DNA of 62,161 nucleotides, filler included, from Sphacelaria rigidula (GCA_964200075.2; 7 parts of 7 records of this genome joined end to end with filler, not necessarily neighbours in it), one strand, 5' to 3'. Positions 34,619 through 47,400 are shown, counted from the first letter of the whole stretch. Notes: generated by a model from the letters alone, not told the origin. Numbers and translations: made by a program.

Positions 34619-35482
34619 ATTCATCATATTAGCTCGATCTCTCGAACCCGTGGTCACAGAATGCAAGGAACAAACATTTACACGGAATATATATATATAT
34701 ATATATAGTCGTATTTTGGAGTGCGTCATTTCCGCCGCTGAAAACTTGAGGACGGAGGAGTGATACAGGGATACCCTCCCCCCTCCCCTGCCCCCACCAG
34801 CCCCAAAACTGTCGCGAAGGAAATGGCCATACAGCGCATGATAGCTGGTTCAGAGTCCGTGAAGCGCCTCATATGGGCGACATTGGTGAAAACGATCCCC
34901 AGCATGGGAATTCCCCGCTGAATCGTGTGATCGGCTCTTGTAATCTTGGTTTTAACATGTTTAAATTTTACCTTCTCGAACCAGCCATCACTCGGAAGTA
35001 GCGGAGAGAGATGAACGGACATCGATGCGACACAGGAATGCTAATTCTAACAGTGATACAAAAATATGAGGCCGTGTACCTGCACAGTACCAGGGGATGT
35101 ACATGGGCTGATCTCTCGAGACTGCAAGTACCAATTCGTGTCGAGGAGGGGGAGGGGTCGGGAAGTATGGCGACTATTTTTGGACATATCACAGCCTGGT
35201 TAATGACAATATGTGGTCAATAGTTGCAGTAGACAGGAAAGGTACTGCGTAAAGTGTAAGTATATTGCAACTATTGTCGATTCTGAAAACAGCTGCAATA
35301 GGCCTGTACTTGACGCAGTATATATATATATATATTTTTTTTCTATTGCAACTATTGCAAGGGTCGAACAAATACTGATTCGTCTGGAAATTACTTGGTT
35401 TTAGTATTATGAGTCGACTCGTGACGAATATAAATCCCTAGGCTTTATTTCAGCGTTGCAACCCAGGTAAACGCAGCCCAGA

Positions 35483-35582
35483 NNNNNNNNNNNNNNNNNN
35501 NNNNNNNNNNNNNNNNNNNNNNNNNNTTAATTAATTAANNNNNNNNNNNNNNNNNNNNNNNNNNNNNNNNNNNNNNNNNNNN
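35483..35582. other. Artificial scaffold-joining spacer
   Basis: N44-TTAATTAATTAA-N44. Confidence 0.99.
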
Positions 35583-36530
35583 CTGTTTTAGTATGACTCA
35601 GAAGTGTTCTCTCTCCCTTTCTACTTTTCTTGTCGCCAAACAGTACAACCCAACTTCATCGCATTTTTTTTTAAGCTCCATTCTCGTCATGTCGCTACGT
35701 ACTCCGAATACCAGCACTACTAGTACCTCACTCGACCACTCTTCACTCCGCCATCCGCACTTCCTTACCGTCTCTCTCTCGATCTCCTTCGAGAGAATCT
35801 TCAGCTGGTTCGTTTCAATTGTGTTGGTGGGATATCTTTAACGTACTGACACATCTCAATCCTCGTACTCGTTGGGGGTCTGGTGTTTTTCAGTTTTTTT
35901 GCTGGCTCACCGACACTAAATAATGCCTCCAACGTGAGCTCGTAGCCTGAAGCCAAGTTCAACACCTTTGACACAAGTACCCTACGTTAGTGCCAGGCGA
36001 TCTTCATGGTAAACTATTCAGGCGTCCCACGATCGCATCTGCTATCTTCTTGCCCCGCCGCTGTACCGGGAAATTTCCTCCAGGGAGGTCATTTCCACCG
36101 TGTAAGGTTCAAGGACGGTTTGCATAACAGAAGGTCTTGACTCACACCGGGATGTCCCGTACATCGCTTTTCCACTCCGTGTGCGATTCACCATGGGTCG
36201 CTACTTCACTGATGCTTCCGAGTAGACCTTCGCTGCCGAAAGCTTGGCCAACGATTCCCCCACACTTTGTACCAGCTTCTATCCTTCAAGATCTCTAAGA
36301 AGTCTACGTACCGCGTGGTGCTCCTTCTCGTAGGTCATGTGGTCGGTCATTGGTAAGGTGATTGTTTCACGAGTACAGTAGGTCTTGGCGTTTATGTCAT
36401 GCATTATCCACCCCTTCCCTTCATTAGGCGCCTTTTGCACCTGATGTCGGAAGTTTCTGGCAATGGCTGACCAGATTTCCACCGCGTACTCGAAACCGGT
36501 AAGGTTTTACAGGTATCTCACCATCAGACC
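35583..36530 (-). mobile_element. Decayed LINE ORF1 region
   Basis: 35583-35780 is homologous to 54753-54950, which lies upstream of an APE endonuclease. A stop-riddled frame (…EVLVVLVFGVRSDM…) extends to about 36500. Confidence 0.65.
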
Positions 36531-36760
36531 CCAACCTCAATGTGAATTTGACATGGACGGGGTGATGATCCTACCCTATCCGTACTGGTTCTATCCCCTG
36601 TACTTTTGATTTGCATGTGAGGTGGTCAGCCTTCACGCTGTTACTTACACGTCTAGATTTCGGCTTTATTCTTGTCTTACGTTTGTTATGGTATTGAGGA
36701 GAGAATGTCGTTTGTTTTCCGACTTGATGCGGGACAGTAGGTCTGTTATTTTTCGCGATA

Positions 36761-36974
36761 CCATGTTCATGTTTGGGCTATTTCATGGTAGGTTAAAGAT
36801 TAAGGAGGGTTAGCTTCTTTATTCCATGTCTATGTCCGGGCTGTGTTATCGTAGGTTTGACAAAAGGAGGGTTAGCTTCTCTATTCCATGTCCATCTCCG
36901 GGCTGTGTTATGGTAGGTGAAATAAAATGGAGGGTTAGCTCCTCTACTCCATGTCTACCTTGTGCTGTGTTATG
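36761..36974. repeat. Tandem array of about 3.5 x 62-bp units
   Basis: GGAGGGTTAGCT recurs at 36804, 36866 and 36929. Confidence 0.9.
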
Positions 36975-37991
36975 TTAAATTGAAGAGAAAGAAAAAAGAG
37001 AAATGGAAAGAGTAAAAGTGTAGAGAAAGAGAAGAAGGAAAATACTAGAACGAAAGGAAAAACAGAGTGGCTCAAAAGAAGGAAGTATCAAAGTCAGAGG
37101 AAAAAAGATCATCTCCGGTATATTGTGTCTATATCCATGTTGTGTGTTTGTGGGGGAGATTCATTAGGTTGTCAAGGTTCATGAATGTTGTGCCTGTCGG
37201 TCCGGGACTTTTTTTTGTCTAGTCGCCGTCTATGGCATATGTACGGTGACAGTCTGCACATTTGTGTAGGTTTTGGTGGCTTGTTTTACATCGCCGTTGC
37301 CAATCGACCCCAACCCAAGAGTCAAGAGGTGTGGGGAAGGGGGGGGCGAAATTCGGGAAAGGTTAGAATGGGAATCTATGAAAATGCTTCGATTCGTACA
37401 CGCGCCTGCGTTGTTTCGATGTAATAGGTTCACTCAAATCTCACGTCAGACTTCACCGGAAGTATATGGGGGGCGGCCATTTGCTCGAATTTGACGTAAA
37501 GTAGATGGTATGTGTCGTTCCTGAGGCGTGCATACTGCAGCGTATTTCATCCTCGGATATCTGCATTTGTGGCTTCGTCATCGGACGGTATGTTGATAAA
37601 GGTCGACTCGATGCGGAAGCGCTGATCAACCGCTCGGCTATACAGTGCAAGATAGGTACGGTACCAGAGGAGAGGGAGATTCCTGCACTCCCTCGAAACC
37701 ATGGGCTCGTGCTGAAGACAGGGTGATTACCAATACGACCCAAGGACACACTGCATGTTATCTTGTGTGTTTGCTACATGCTCACTATGAACTGCATGCC
37801 GTGCATTTCATACTCCACCAACCCTGCGATTTTCTACAATGAAGGCATGTTATACTTTGATTCTTGTTTGCCATGAAAATGCATGCAGGATAGCGCATGA
37901 TATTCCCCGCAGCGTATTTTGTGGCGTGAACCTTACGCGTGGGCAATTTCGACCAAACGTGCGCGTCTGTTTCATCCATTGTTGTGCCCAG

Positions 37992-38133
37992 TTTCCTGAA
38001 GGACAACCGGCCGACACCACGTACGGGGTCCTGTACTTGGACATTTTCCAACCGGCGCTCTCTCACACGATTCGCAAGGCCATAGATCCCCTGGAGCCGC
38101 TGGAACTGCTGGGCAACATCGGCGGGATGTGGG
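37992..38133 (+). CDS. Exon of a predicted membrane protein, pre-TM segment (DEG/ENaC/P2X-like motif)
   Basis: CAG|FPEGQPADTTYGVLYLDIFQPALSHTIRKAIDPLEPLELLGNIGGMW-G|GTATGT; 142 nt, phase 0/1. Confidence 0.7.
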
Positions 38134-40824
38134 GTATGTGCGTACGGGATGATAAGTGGAACAGGATGTCTCTCAAATGACACGGATCCATTCATTATTG
38201 CTGTTTATTTTTGTCATGCTTTTTCAACTGGCATTTAAGTACTTGGAGTCCCGTTCGAACCTCCGTCCTCACCGGGGGCAAGTCCATACTGTCGAGGGAT
38301 CGAGCCGTTTATCCCCAATTACCTACCTTGAACGTGTAACTGCATGGGGCTTATTGCAGAAAAAGTTTAAATTTGTGTTTCCCCCCCCAAGAATCGGTGA
38401 GGGCTTTGATCCAATATGCGGAATAGGGATCACGCGACACAAACTACTTTCGCTTGGAATTTACCAAGCACACCAATTGGAGATACGCCTTTTACCCGTG
38501 AGCGAAAATTGCATGAAAAATCTATGCTTTGACTTCGTACAGCCGTCCAAAAAGTGATATTTTACTCCATCCCTTGCTCTATCGATATTGAACCAAAATA
38601 GCCATGATTTTCTGGAAGCAGTAGTTACTTTGAAGTAGTAGCGTCACTAGATTACTCTCGCACCTTGAGATGACAATGCCGGACTGCCCCCGTGCTGTCT
38701 GTAGTCCCGAAGGACGGTTATCGGCGGCCATGACGTGACAACCATGCGCAATCTCGGAATCGATACGTTTCACGCTGATTTTCCGCTCACAAGCACGATG
38801 GCGAAACAAACCCTTTTCTTGCCGATGAAAATATGCGATTTTTCAAAAACAAATGTCCCGAAATGTCGACGTACTCGCCCCAACTATCTGTGTACCGAAA
38901 AACGCACGGCAACCTATACCGACCTGAGCACACAGCTTTCCCACGTTGTCCTGTGAGTGTTCACCGGTGAAGGAAGTGGTGATGTTGTCTGCGCCTTCCG
39001 TACGTGTCCTGTCTCGGAATGAAAGGCGGCTCGTGTTCCGACGGGTTACGCCACGCAAAGTAGTTGTGCCTGTCAGGCGACGTGATTTCGCCTGTCGGGC
39101 GAGGTGGTTCTGCTCGAAAGCACTCTGCATGCCCTAGGATATTAGGATCGTAGGCTTCATGAGCAACCACTTGCCAGAGCTCCAACCGAAAAACCGAAGA
39201 ATGTCGTCTCCTGTTTGAATGTTTGGATTTTTCTCACAAGTTGAACGTATTCCGGTTTCCAGGTAGAATCTCGGTCAGCAGCCTTCTGCGAAACCTTGGC
39301 CTAGCGTTGAATACAATTATTGCTGTGGGACTGCTTTTGTTTGGTGACACGTAGTGCCTAATACATGCGGTGGAGATAGTTCCTGTGCAAGTGGGGGGGG
39401 GCAGGGGGGAACGGGAGGGGGAGGGAGGGGGGGGGGGTATTCATTTTGTGCTTGCTTTATTAGTTTGACCATTGACAGCGTATCCCTTGCGAGACGGAGC
39501 ACCCTCCTGTGCAAATGAGGGAAAACGGTGCCACGTGTCTAAAACCCGGAAGATACGATGACGAAACATTCTTCTGCTTCCATGACCAAACGTTTGAAGA
39601 TCGAAGTTAATATTTTTCGAAGTTCTTACCGGGGGCGCCTTCCCACCATTACTAGTCAAGACTACGCTCACATCGAATGGTGTGCAACAACTGTTCACTT
39701 GCCACTTGGTGGGACCGGATCATTCGTAGTCTGTTCGGCAAAACGGTTTGAAACTATTAAGAGCAACACGACATGTGTGATAGTTTTTGTGTAGTCCTCC
39801 ATACGACACCGGTGGCTCAATTCGTCAACCCCACTCCCTTCAGAACTCTCTCCCATCCCCTGATAACATGCGTCGTTATTTTCGTATGCCCATGGTTGCC
39901 CAAGATTGGCAAAGACACCATCTACAACCACATGAAATATAAATACAGAGCTGGCACCCCGTTGTGGTGGAGTTGGCTTCGCTTAATAGTACCACGCTCG
40001 CGGCGGAGTGTGTCCAGTTAATTTTATACATACTAGCCACTCGTAGTATGAAGCCTATACTGCGCAAAGTATCAATTGCAATGATTCAGTTCCCTCGTGT
40101 TGTATGTTCCAATTATGTCAGTACCCTGAGCACAGTCATGTCATGTACAATGATCTCCAAAATCGTGAAACGGATTCTCTGCGGCACTAGTGTACTGTGA
40201 ACGAGGAACTACAATAGTACTGCCAACACAAGCAAGCGCCCCACCCTCCGAACACAAGCAAGCGAGCACCCCACCCTCCGAACTCGCAACGCGCCGCAAG
40301 CATGCTCTCCAATATACACCGCGGCCTCTCGTCAAATGCCATCTAGTAGTGAAGTGTTGTGTTGGGCTCTCTACAAGCGCGGCACCATCAACTGAGTCCA
40401 TCGATAAGTGATACTCAGTCCGGATCGGACATGTTGCGTTTATCACATAAACGCTGCTGCGCCAGAGCATAGATATGGACATTTAGGCCGGAAGGTGGCT
40501 GGTTCAAATCCCAAGAGATCCGAGTTCAGAAGGCAGGATCGGGATTAGGTTTTTGCAAACGAGAGAGATATTGCAATACGCTCCACGCATACTGGGGCCT
40601 GATGACGTAGTCTGACAACACCACGTATTAGCAGTAGTACTGGACGTGACAAACAATGTAAGTTACACCAGCATGAAGAATCAGGTAGCTGAAGGCTGTC
40701 ACCGCAGAGATGCTCAACCTCAGAAACGTTGGTTGACCCGCATTCTGTTGTCTCCTGAACTTCCTGCGCATATAGGATTCACCACGTAAGACACTCGTTC
40801 CTATTTCTATGTTTTCATTCGCAG

Positions 40825-41042
40825 AGTTTCTTCTGATCCTGTGGGGCCTCATTTTCATCGCGGCAAGGGAAGAGGAGCCTAGGCTAAAAGGTCGAAACTT
40901 CAAGAAGACGGCGCAGAAGGGTGTTTGAACTGTGCAATCTATTTCTATCCGCGGGAGGTCCAGCACCAGTAGTCAAGGGCGGCCGTCCTTGGATGGGGAG
41001 GAGGCTCCCGCGTGGGAAAGGGAAGCCAGGCGATCAAGTACG
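40825..41042 (+). CDS. Next exon of the same membrane protein: TM helix and tail, with in-frame TGA at 40926-40928
   Basis: Polypyrimidine tract, GCAG|(E)FLLILWGLIFIAAREEEPRLKGRNFKKTAQKGV*TVQ...RRSST|GTGAGC. Phase 1 matches the previous exon. Confidence 0.68.
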
Positions 41043-41704
41043 GTGAGCACATCTTTTGTTTTCTCACATCAGGTTTTTTTCGACGAGTCTAACGCCCGTG
41101 GTCACGGAGCCATGGCACAAAGAACGGAATACGATAAAAACATATGAATACGCCCACGAACAGGAAACACGGCGCCACAACGGGCAAAGTTCTACACACG
41201 TGTCTGGAAAAACACAAGATATGCACAATTGTTCGCTCAAAAATAACGAGCTGAAAAACGAATAAAAATCGTCGGCTACATGGTTCGTGGACCATAGGAG
41301 GCCAATATGGCTGAAATCGGGAACCTACATGGTTCGGCATACCGAACAACAGGACTGAGCAACAGGACAGGGCGCGGCCCGGTAAGACGGCGTGACGAGG
41401 GCCAGAAGATGCTATGTACGCATGGTGTGGATGTATGCACACGTTTTTGGGTATCCTTTCGTTGCTGTACTTCGGTGGTGGCTCGTTGGTAAAAAGAGGC
41501 CCCCCCTGCGGTGCTCCGTCTCGCAATTGATGCGTAGTCAATGGTCAAACGACGAAGACAAGCAACTAATAAGTACGCCCGCCCCCGCCACCCCGCCCCC
41601 CCCCGAAAACCCGGCGTGCTCCGTCCCGGCTTTGTAGGGATGCGAGGTCAATGGTCTTATGACTATGGCATGCATGATCATGAGGGAGTACACCCCTCTC
41701 CCCC

Positions 41705-42461
41705 CACGCGGCCAGTTGGCTATCCCCAAAATTACTCCAGGGCGGTCAACTCTCGACCCTCTGGAGGAATGAAATGCCTCCGGACGGGTGCGCGGTTTTC
41801 CAGAGGAGAACATTTTGGTGTCCTCCAGAGGGATTAAACGCCCCCGGAGGCTTGTCTTTGCCTCTCGAGGGCCGCGCATCCCTCCGGAGGCATTTTGCTA
41901 CCCCCGAATTCCTCCGGAGGGGTGTGCGGCCCTACAGGGCGGTAGTGTTTGTTTTTCTCCAGGGGGATTTAAGGCCTCCGGAAGCTTTTTTCGCCTCCGG
42001 AGGGCCGCGCATCCCTGCGGAGGCATTTTGGGGGATAGCCAAATGGCCTCGTGTGCCCTGAGGGTATTTATTTTTCGGGCATGTGTCTTGTCGTGCACCC
42101 CTGCATCGATCATGATCAACACCGTTTTCGTGAGATTGAGACTGGAGCGCTGATTGAGAGTGGCTTTGATTATTCGCTTTCACGTAGCCAATTTTTCATT
42201 CCGTGTGTGTTCTTTGCCTCCATCACTGGCGTGTGCTTCCAGCTTCACGTCGATATCCCACTTGACGATATCAAGGGTCTCAGTAGCAAGCGACTGCAGA
42301 AAGCATATTGGGCCTCGTGGAGGGGCATTTTCGGAACTGAAACGATTCATTTACTAATTAACCGCTTTTCACTCTGAACTGTACCCTCTACTCTCAACCC
42401 ACGAAAACATTGTTGATCATCCCTCCGGAGGCATTTTGGGGAGTAGCCAAATGGCCGCGTG
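41705..42461. mobile_element. TIR element with repeated CCTCCGGAGG palindromes and a duplicated right end
   Basis: Left CACGCGGCCAGTTGGCTATCCCCAAAAT is the inverted repeat of 42025-42053 and again of 42434-42461. Confidence 0.7.
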
Positions 42462-42487
42462 TGCCCTGAGGGATCCAAAAAACTTAA

Positions 42488-42585
42488 CCCTTAGTCCGCG
42501 AGATTAGTCTTTCTGGATCATGCATGCTTTTTTCCACTTGAAATTGATGCCGATTCAACAGAAGACTTACCTCGCGGTCTAAGGG
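42488..42585. mobile_element. 98-bp piggyBac-type MITE with TTAA target-site duplication (second copy 43287-43385)
   Basis: TTAA|CCCTTAGTCCGCGAG...CTCGCGGTCTAAGGG|TTAA. Confidence 0.88.
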
Positions 42586-43559
42586 TTAAAGGGCACATGG
42601 GCGGGTGGCATTTTTCTTTTCGGCTGTCTCGCCAACAGGCCCACACCCCCTGTCAAAACGACCACCCCGCCGCCCCCTGGAAACCTCGGATGTCCGTGGA
42701 CTGTCAGCCTGTGAAACTGTTCTGAGGAGTGTAAGGGATAAAGTTCCACATGTCACAGCGTTCATATGAAAACCAAGTCGGGAGAACTTTACCCCACCAA
42801 GCGGTCATCTCTATTCTGAGAAAGAGCCACAAAACTGACTCTCTGCCCTCACGTTCTATTATTATTGCTCTCTGCCCATCGACGCAAATTGTTCGCCGGG
42901 CAAATTGTGCTTTGCAAGACTTCATTCAGAAAAGAGCGCGTTCTGCACAAGCTAGAAGGGCAGCCCCCAATAACCCTTCGGCATCGACCCCCCGCAGGTG
43001 GACTGAGATGAACTAATTCACATTTGGGTTTATCACAGCTTTTTTTCGCTCTAGAAAACCTCCGTTTCAAGAAGATTTGGATGTTTGATGTTTGGCATCT
43101 ATTACGAAAAATAGTCACGGAGAACCCCTGACCGGTTTTGACCCCGCAGTCAATTGCGTGCAAAGTCAGCATGTATGTGTGCTCGATACCATATATGGTT
43201 GAATTGTCAGGACAGCCATGACAAAAGAAATACGCAGCTAAGTAGGCCATCTGTAGCCCACCTGTAGGGGAACAAAGTGATCACATCCCTTAGACCGCGA
43301 GATTAGTCTTCCTGGATTATGCATACTTTCTTTTCACTTGAAATTGATGCCGATTCAACAGAAGACTAACCTCGCGGTCTAATGGATATTAGAGGTATCT
43401 CAAACTCGGCTTTCTGGTTTTTTCAAATAGGTGATCGCGATTCATGAGAGGACCTGACCTGGCAGTCAAACGGCCTCATCATGTGATGAATCGGCATCAC
43501 TTTCACTTGAAAAAATACAACAAAACGAACCAGGATACCGGGAGCCAAGTTTGAGATAT

Positions 43560-43900
43560 CTCTATCGATAGCCGATCAGAATGGCTGCTTCGCTCCTCGC
43601 GGACTTCGTTCTTGACGGGTAATTTTCCTTGAGAAACGTCCATACAGACGTGGTTGACGTGGTGAGCCTTCCGGCTGTCCCGCAAACGGGCGCACACCCC
43701 TTATCTAAACGACCACTCCGCCCCCTGTTCACCTCGGATGTTCCTGGACTGTCAGTCTGTGAAACTGTTCTGAGTCGACTCTCCGTGTGTAAGGAAATAA
43801 AGTTCCAGATGTCAGCGTTTATACTAAAACCAACTCGGGAAAACTTCACTCCACCAAGTGGTCACCTTTACTGTAACGAAGAGCCACAAAATTGACTTGC
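43560..43900. repeat. Dispersed repeat (partial copies at 42680-42842 and, inverted, about 10250-10490)
   Basis: Shared CCTCGGATGT...GGACTGTCAG.CTGTGAAACTGTTCTGAG...GAGCCACAAAA.TGACT; the reverse complement matches GCTCACCA.GTCAACCA near 10421-10438. Confidence 0.65.
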
Positions 43901-44376
43901 ATGAAGCAGCGGTAAGTATCTTGTCGTCTTCACATCAAGTATCTCCGTGTAGGGAAGGTAGTCGGAGATGGGTCTGGAAATCTCAACGGGCGTGACTCAA
44001 ACACATGACAAAACCACGGTCAGCCAGCGTGAAAAGCCACCCAGCCCTATCAAACATGACACAATTCCAGGGCACAAGCGCAGCATGCCTGGCGCTAGCT
44101 ATCGCTTTTCTCTACACAGTGCGCTTCTGTCACGGTAATCTGTGTGGTGCTAGATGGGGGACAGCCCTGCTTGTGCAACAAAACTTGCTGAAAATGGATT
44201 TTGTTGACGGATTTACGTGGGAGCTTTTTTGTTCCCGAGGTGATGGAACACGGAAACAAACAACCGGTGTTTGCTCAACGCTATTCCTGACGGCAAAGAA
44301 AATCGCTCACCTTGGGACGGTGCAGTGCAAGGTGCGAGGAGTCTGTGCGGTGCAAACTATTCGTGAGCTTTTTTGT

Positions 44377-44476
44377 NNNNNNNNNNNNNNNNNNNNNNNN
44401 NNNNNNNNNNNNNNNNNNNNTTAATTAATTAANNNNNNNNNNNNNNNNNNNNNNNNNNNNNNNNNNNNNNNNNNNN
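44377..44476. other. Artificial scaffold-joining spacer
   Basis: N44-TTAATTAATTAA-N44. Confidence 0.99.
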
Positions 44477-47400
44477 GATCACGGCCCACCTCGTCTGTGT
44501 CGATGAGATATGGCTTCTAGAGCTTAAATCCGTTTTTAGGCTGGCCCAGCTCGTACTCCAAATCAGGTATAAGGAAATGAAAAAAAAATCGGACCCAGCA
44601 AATTCGGGCACACGCGATACAAAAAAAAAAACGAAAGAAGAACCGCAAAAATACTGCTAACCTCGTAAGTTTTACACGAATCATACAAGCACCAAAAAGT
44701 CAGCACATGAGGTAAAATGCGTGTGCCGCGCCAGATATATGCCTGCTTGAGCCCAGCAACACTGTTGTGGCAACACAGCAAGACACCACCGCGTTGATCG
44801 CGACAGCACGGCATGGGGAAGATGAGCCCATGCATGTACGAAGACGTCAACCCACGTAGCAGAGTGTTACATGAAGGTAGAAGCGTGCATCCGCCTTCGT
44901 CAACAATGATAAAGGCTGCCGGATGCCAATCGGCTCAGCAGTCAACACTCGAACTACGGGATCACTCATCTAGGAAAAGTTCGCAGACTGTCATATTCAT
45001 TCAAATACTCCAGGATCGGCAGGCATTGGTAGAATAAACAAGGTTCTTCACGGAGAATACTAGAACAGTTCCCGGTTTGCTTGTCGGAGTAATACGGGGT
45101 GAAACAGGATAAGACAGCCATTTTGACGGGCGGGGAGGGGGTGCGGGTATCAATGGCATTTTCGTCTAGGAACGTGATATTATAGCTGAAGCACCATGAC
45201 AAGCTAGGAACGAAAAAGATAATGAGACTGAGTCCACCAAATCGTTCGCGATGGCGACCAGGATTGGTTCGATCGAGCAAAAATGGGTCCACCTCCAAAC
45301 TTCGTCCGTGGGACAAGACAGCAAATTCTGCATCTTTCAGATAGTTGTTTAAGAACATGCTTTCTACACTATTAATATTGGTTTTTCTGACCCCGTTTCG
45401 GCAGTAATTGTTTCAAACTTAATGCAGATATCTGACAACGTTTTCGCAAGTATTGCGACCCAAATACAATATCTGACAGCGTTGTGAAAAGTACTCTGAA
45501 CTGAACGCAATATCTGACGAGAACTTTAATAATGTTCTAAATGAGTACGAGCTGGGCCAGCAGCAAATACCGAATTCGCTTTCCACACCACAACTTCTCA
45601 AGTTTTCCAAATCAGCGCGATTTGAGCATATCGCTGTGAAGTGCAGACCAACCTCATAACACGCGGCACCATCGCTGAATAAAGAAAAATAATGAAAAAA
45701 ATGTACTGCAAAATATATTACCTTAACGGCGGACGGAAAAAAAAGGGAACCTGCTGGGATTCGAACTCATGACCTCTATAATTGGAGTCTCCTGTATAAC
45801 TTGAATTAGAGGGGCGCAGCCGTGTCATACAAAAAGTACGACGCGAAGCCCAAATTGAGGTATTTTTAGCCGCAATTTTACCAGGATGTCGTTGACGCGA
45901 GTGCCCGTATGTGTTGGAGCGTTGCCGTCGTTTTGATCGTTTTTCAAGGAACTTATAGCATTTTTCCTGTTTTCGCGAAAACTTCAACTTGCTCTGGCTT
46001 CCTGTTTTTTTTTTGTTTTTTCTCTGCACCACTAAGAGGGTTGCGCAGGTTGATGATAAAATGTCATGTCAAAATTTCGGCCCCTACCTCCTCGAGTCAC
46101 TAATGGCATCTCCACTCTTCGTTCTAAAATCACTGTCAGCTGGCCCAGCTCGTAGATGTTCGACAACCTTGTGGGAAGTCGTTCTGAATGAACAGATATT
46201 CGACAAGGTTTAGGCAATTGTTCTTAACAAAATACAACATGCGACAACGTTGTAGAAATCGTTTTCAAGCGAACAGATTATATATGTCTTGTTCTGTGGG
46301 ATGTGTGAAATTTTGGTATCAGACTGTTACTGTGATGAGTTTCGGTAACCGAAAAACCCTGAAAATTCGCTCGCAATCATCCATTCCCATTTAGTGCCCC
46401 TGTAGACCTCTACAGCAATCATCACCCAACAATTCGCAGGACTCTCAGCGGACAAATCTCGGAGTGGGAGACATGGGCAGTAAAATGATGAAATACGACG
46501 TTCGGAACAAGAGCTGTACGCCGTATTTGTGCTGTATTCCAACTGCATTGTGCACAACCGCTCGACCGCCCGGACCTAGAGTTGAACGCCAGGTCGACAG
46601 GCTTTTGATGGGGTAGGTAACAGGAACTACTCGTTGTTGGCGGAGACAAAAAGCTCCCATAGACAAGGTCACTGCCACGCATATATTATGCGTCATGGAT
46701 ACCCGTGCGTAGACATGCCACCAGCAGGACATTGCCGCCACAGCATAGCAAATAGTAGCGGCGATCACACCAGCTGTAAATATGGTAATAGATGTACGAT
46801 CACTCCGGTATGCACGGTGTCGGGGAATCATGCATAAAGGGGAGAAACGTGCAGCAGCCTTCCTCAATCTTGACAGAAGGTTGCTGCGCGCCGATCGACT
46901 GCAAAACAGTTTTGTGCTATTCGTGCGAATCTCTCATGCCCATCTCAAGCGTCCACCTAAGTCACAAACAACCATCATTCAAACGTTGGTGGGACCGTCA
47001 GCGCACAAAACTCAGCACGAATGGGGATATCGTAAAAATAAGAATAGACGAAATCGAAATCGGAGTCGAAGCCGACTTCCAGGTCTGGGTGCAGCACCAG
47101 CGAGCGGACAACAAAGATGCTTCGGAGGTGTATGAGATAGGGGTCCACAGCGACCATCAGTAACGAACAGCTGACAGACGACAGCAGACCCAAGTAGTAC
47201 AAACGTTGACCAAGGTAGTCGCACTGAAATCCACACAGTGCTCGATATTCCTCGCGGTAGCCCTTATTCATGACTTACTTTAGTGATAACGCATGGAGTA
47301 CCTGTTTTCGGCTCGATCCGTCGACAAAACATAATGCGATGGCTATTTTCACAAGACTGCACCGCACAAATGATGCCAAACATGACACTTTGGGAATGAA

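Noticed and set aside
36761..36974. Regularly spaced repeats considered as a CRISPR array
   Set aside because: Whole units are repeated with no unique spacers, there are no cas genes, and the context is eukaryotic.
45745..45818. tRNA-like sequence on the minus strand (GAGTTCGAATCCC B box)
   Set aside because: No convincing acceptor stem, D arm or anticodon arm could be folded. At most a tRNA-derived repeat remnant.
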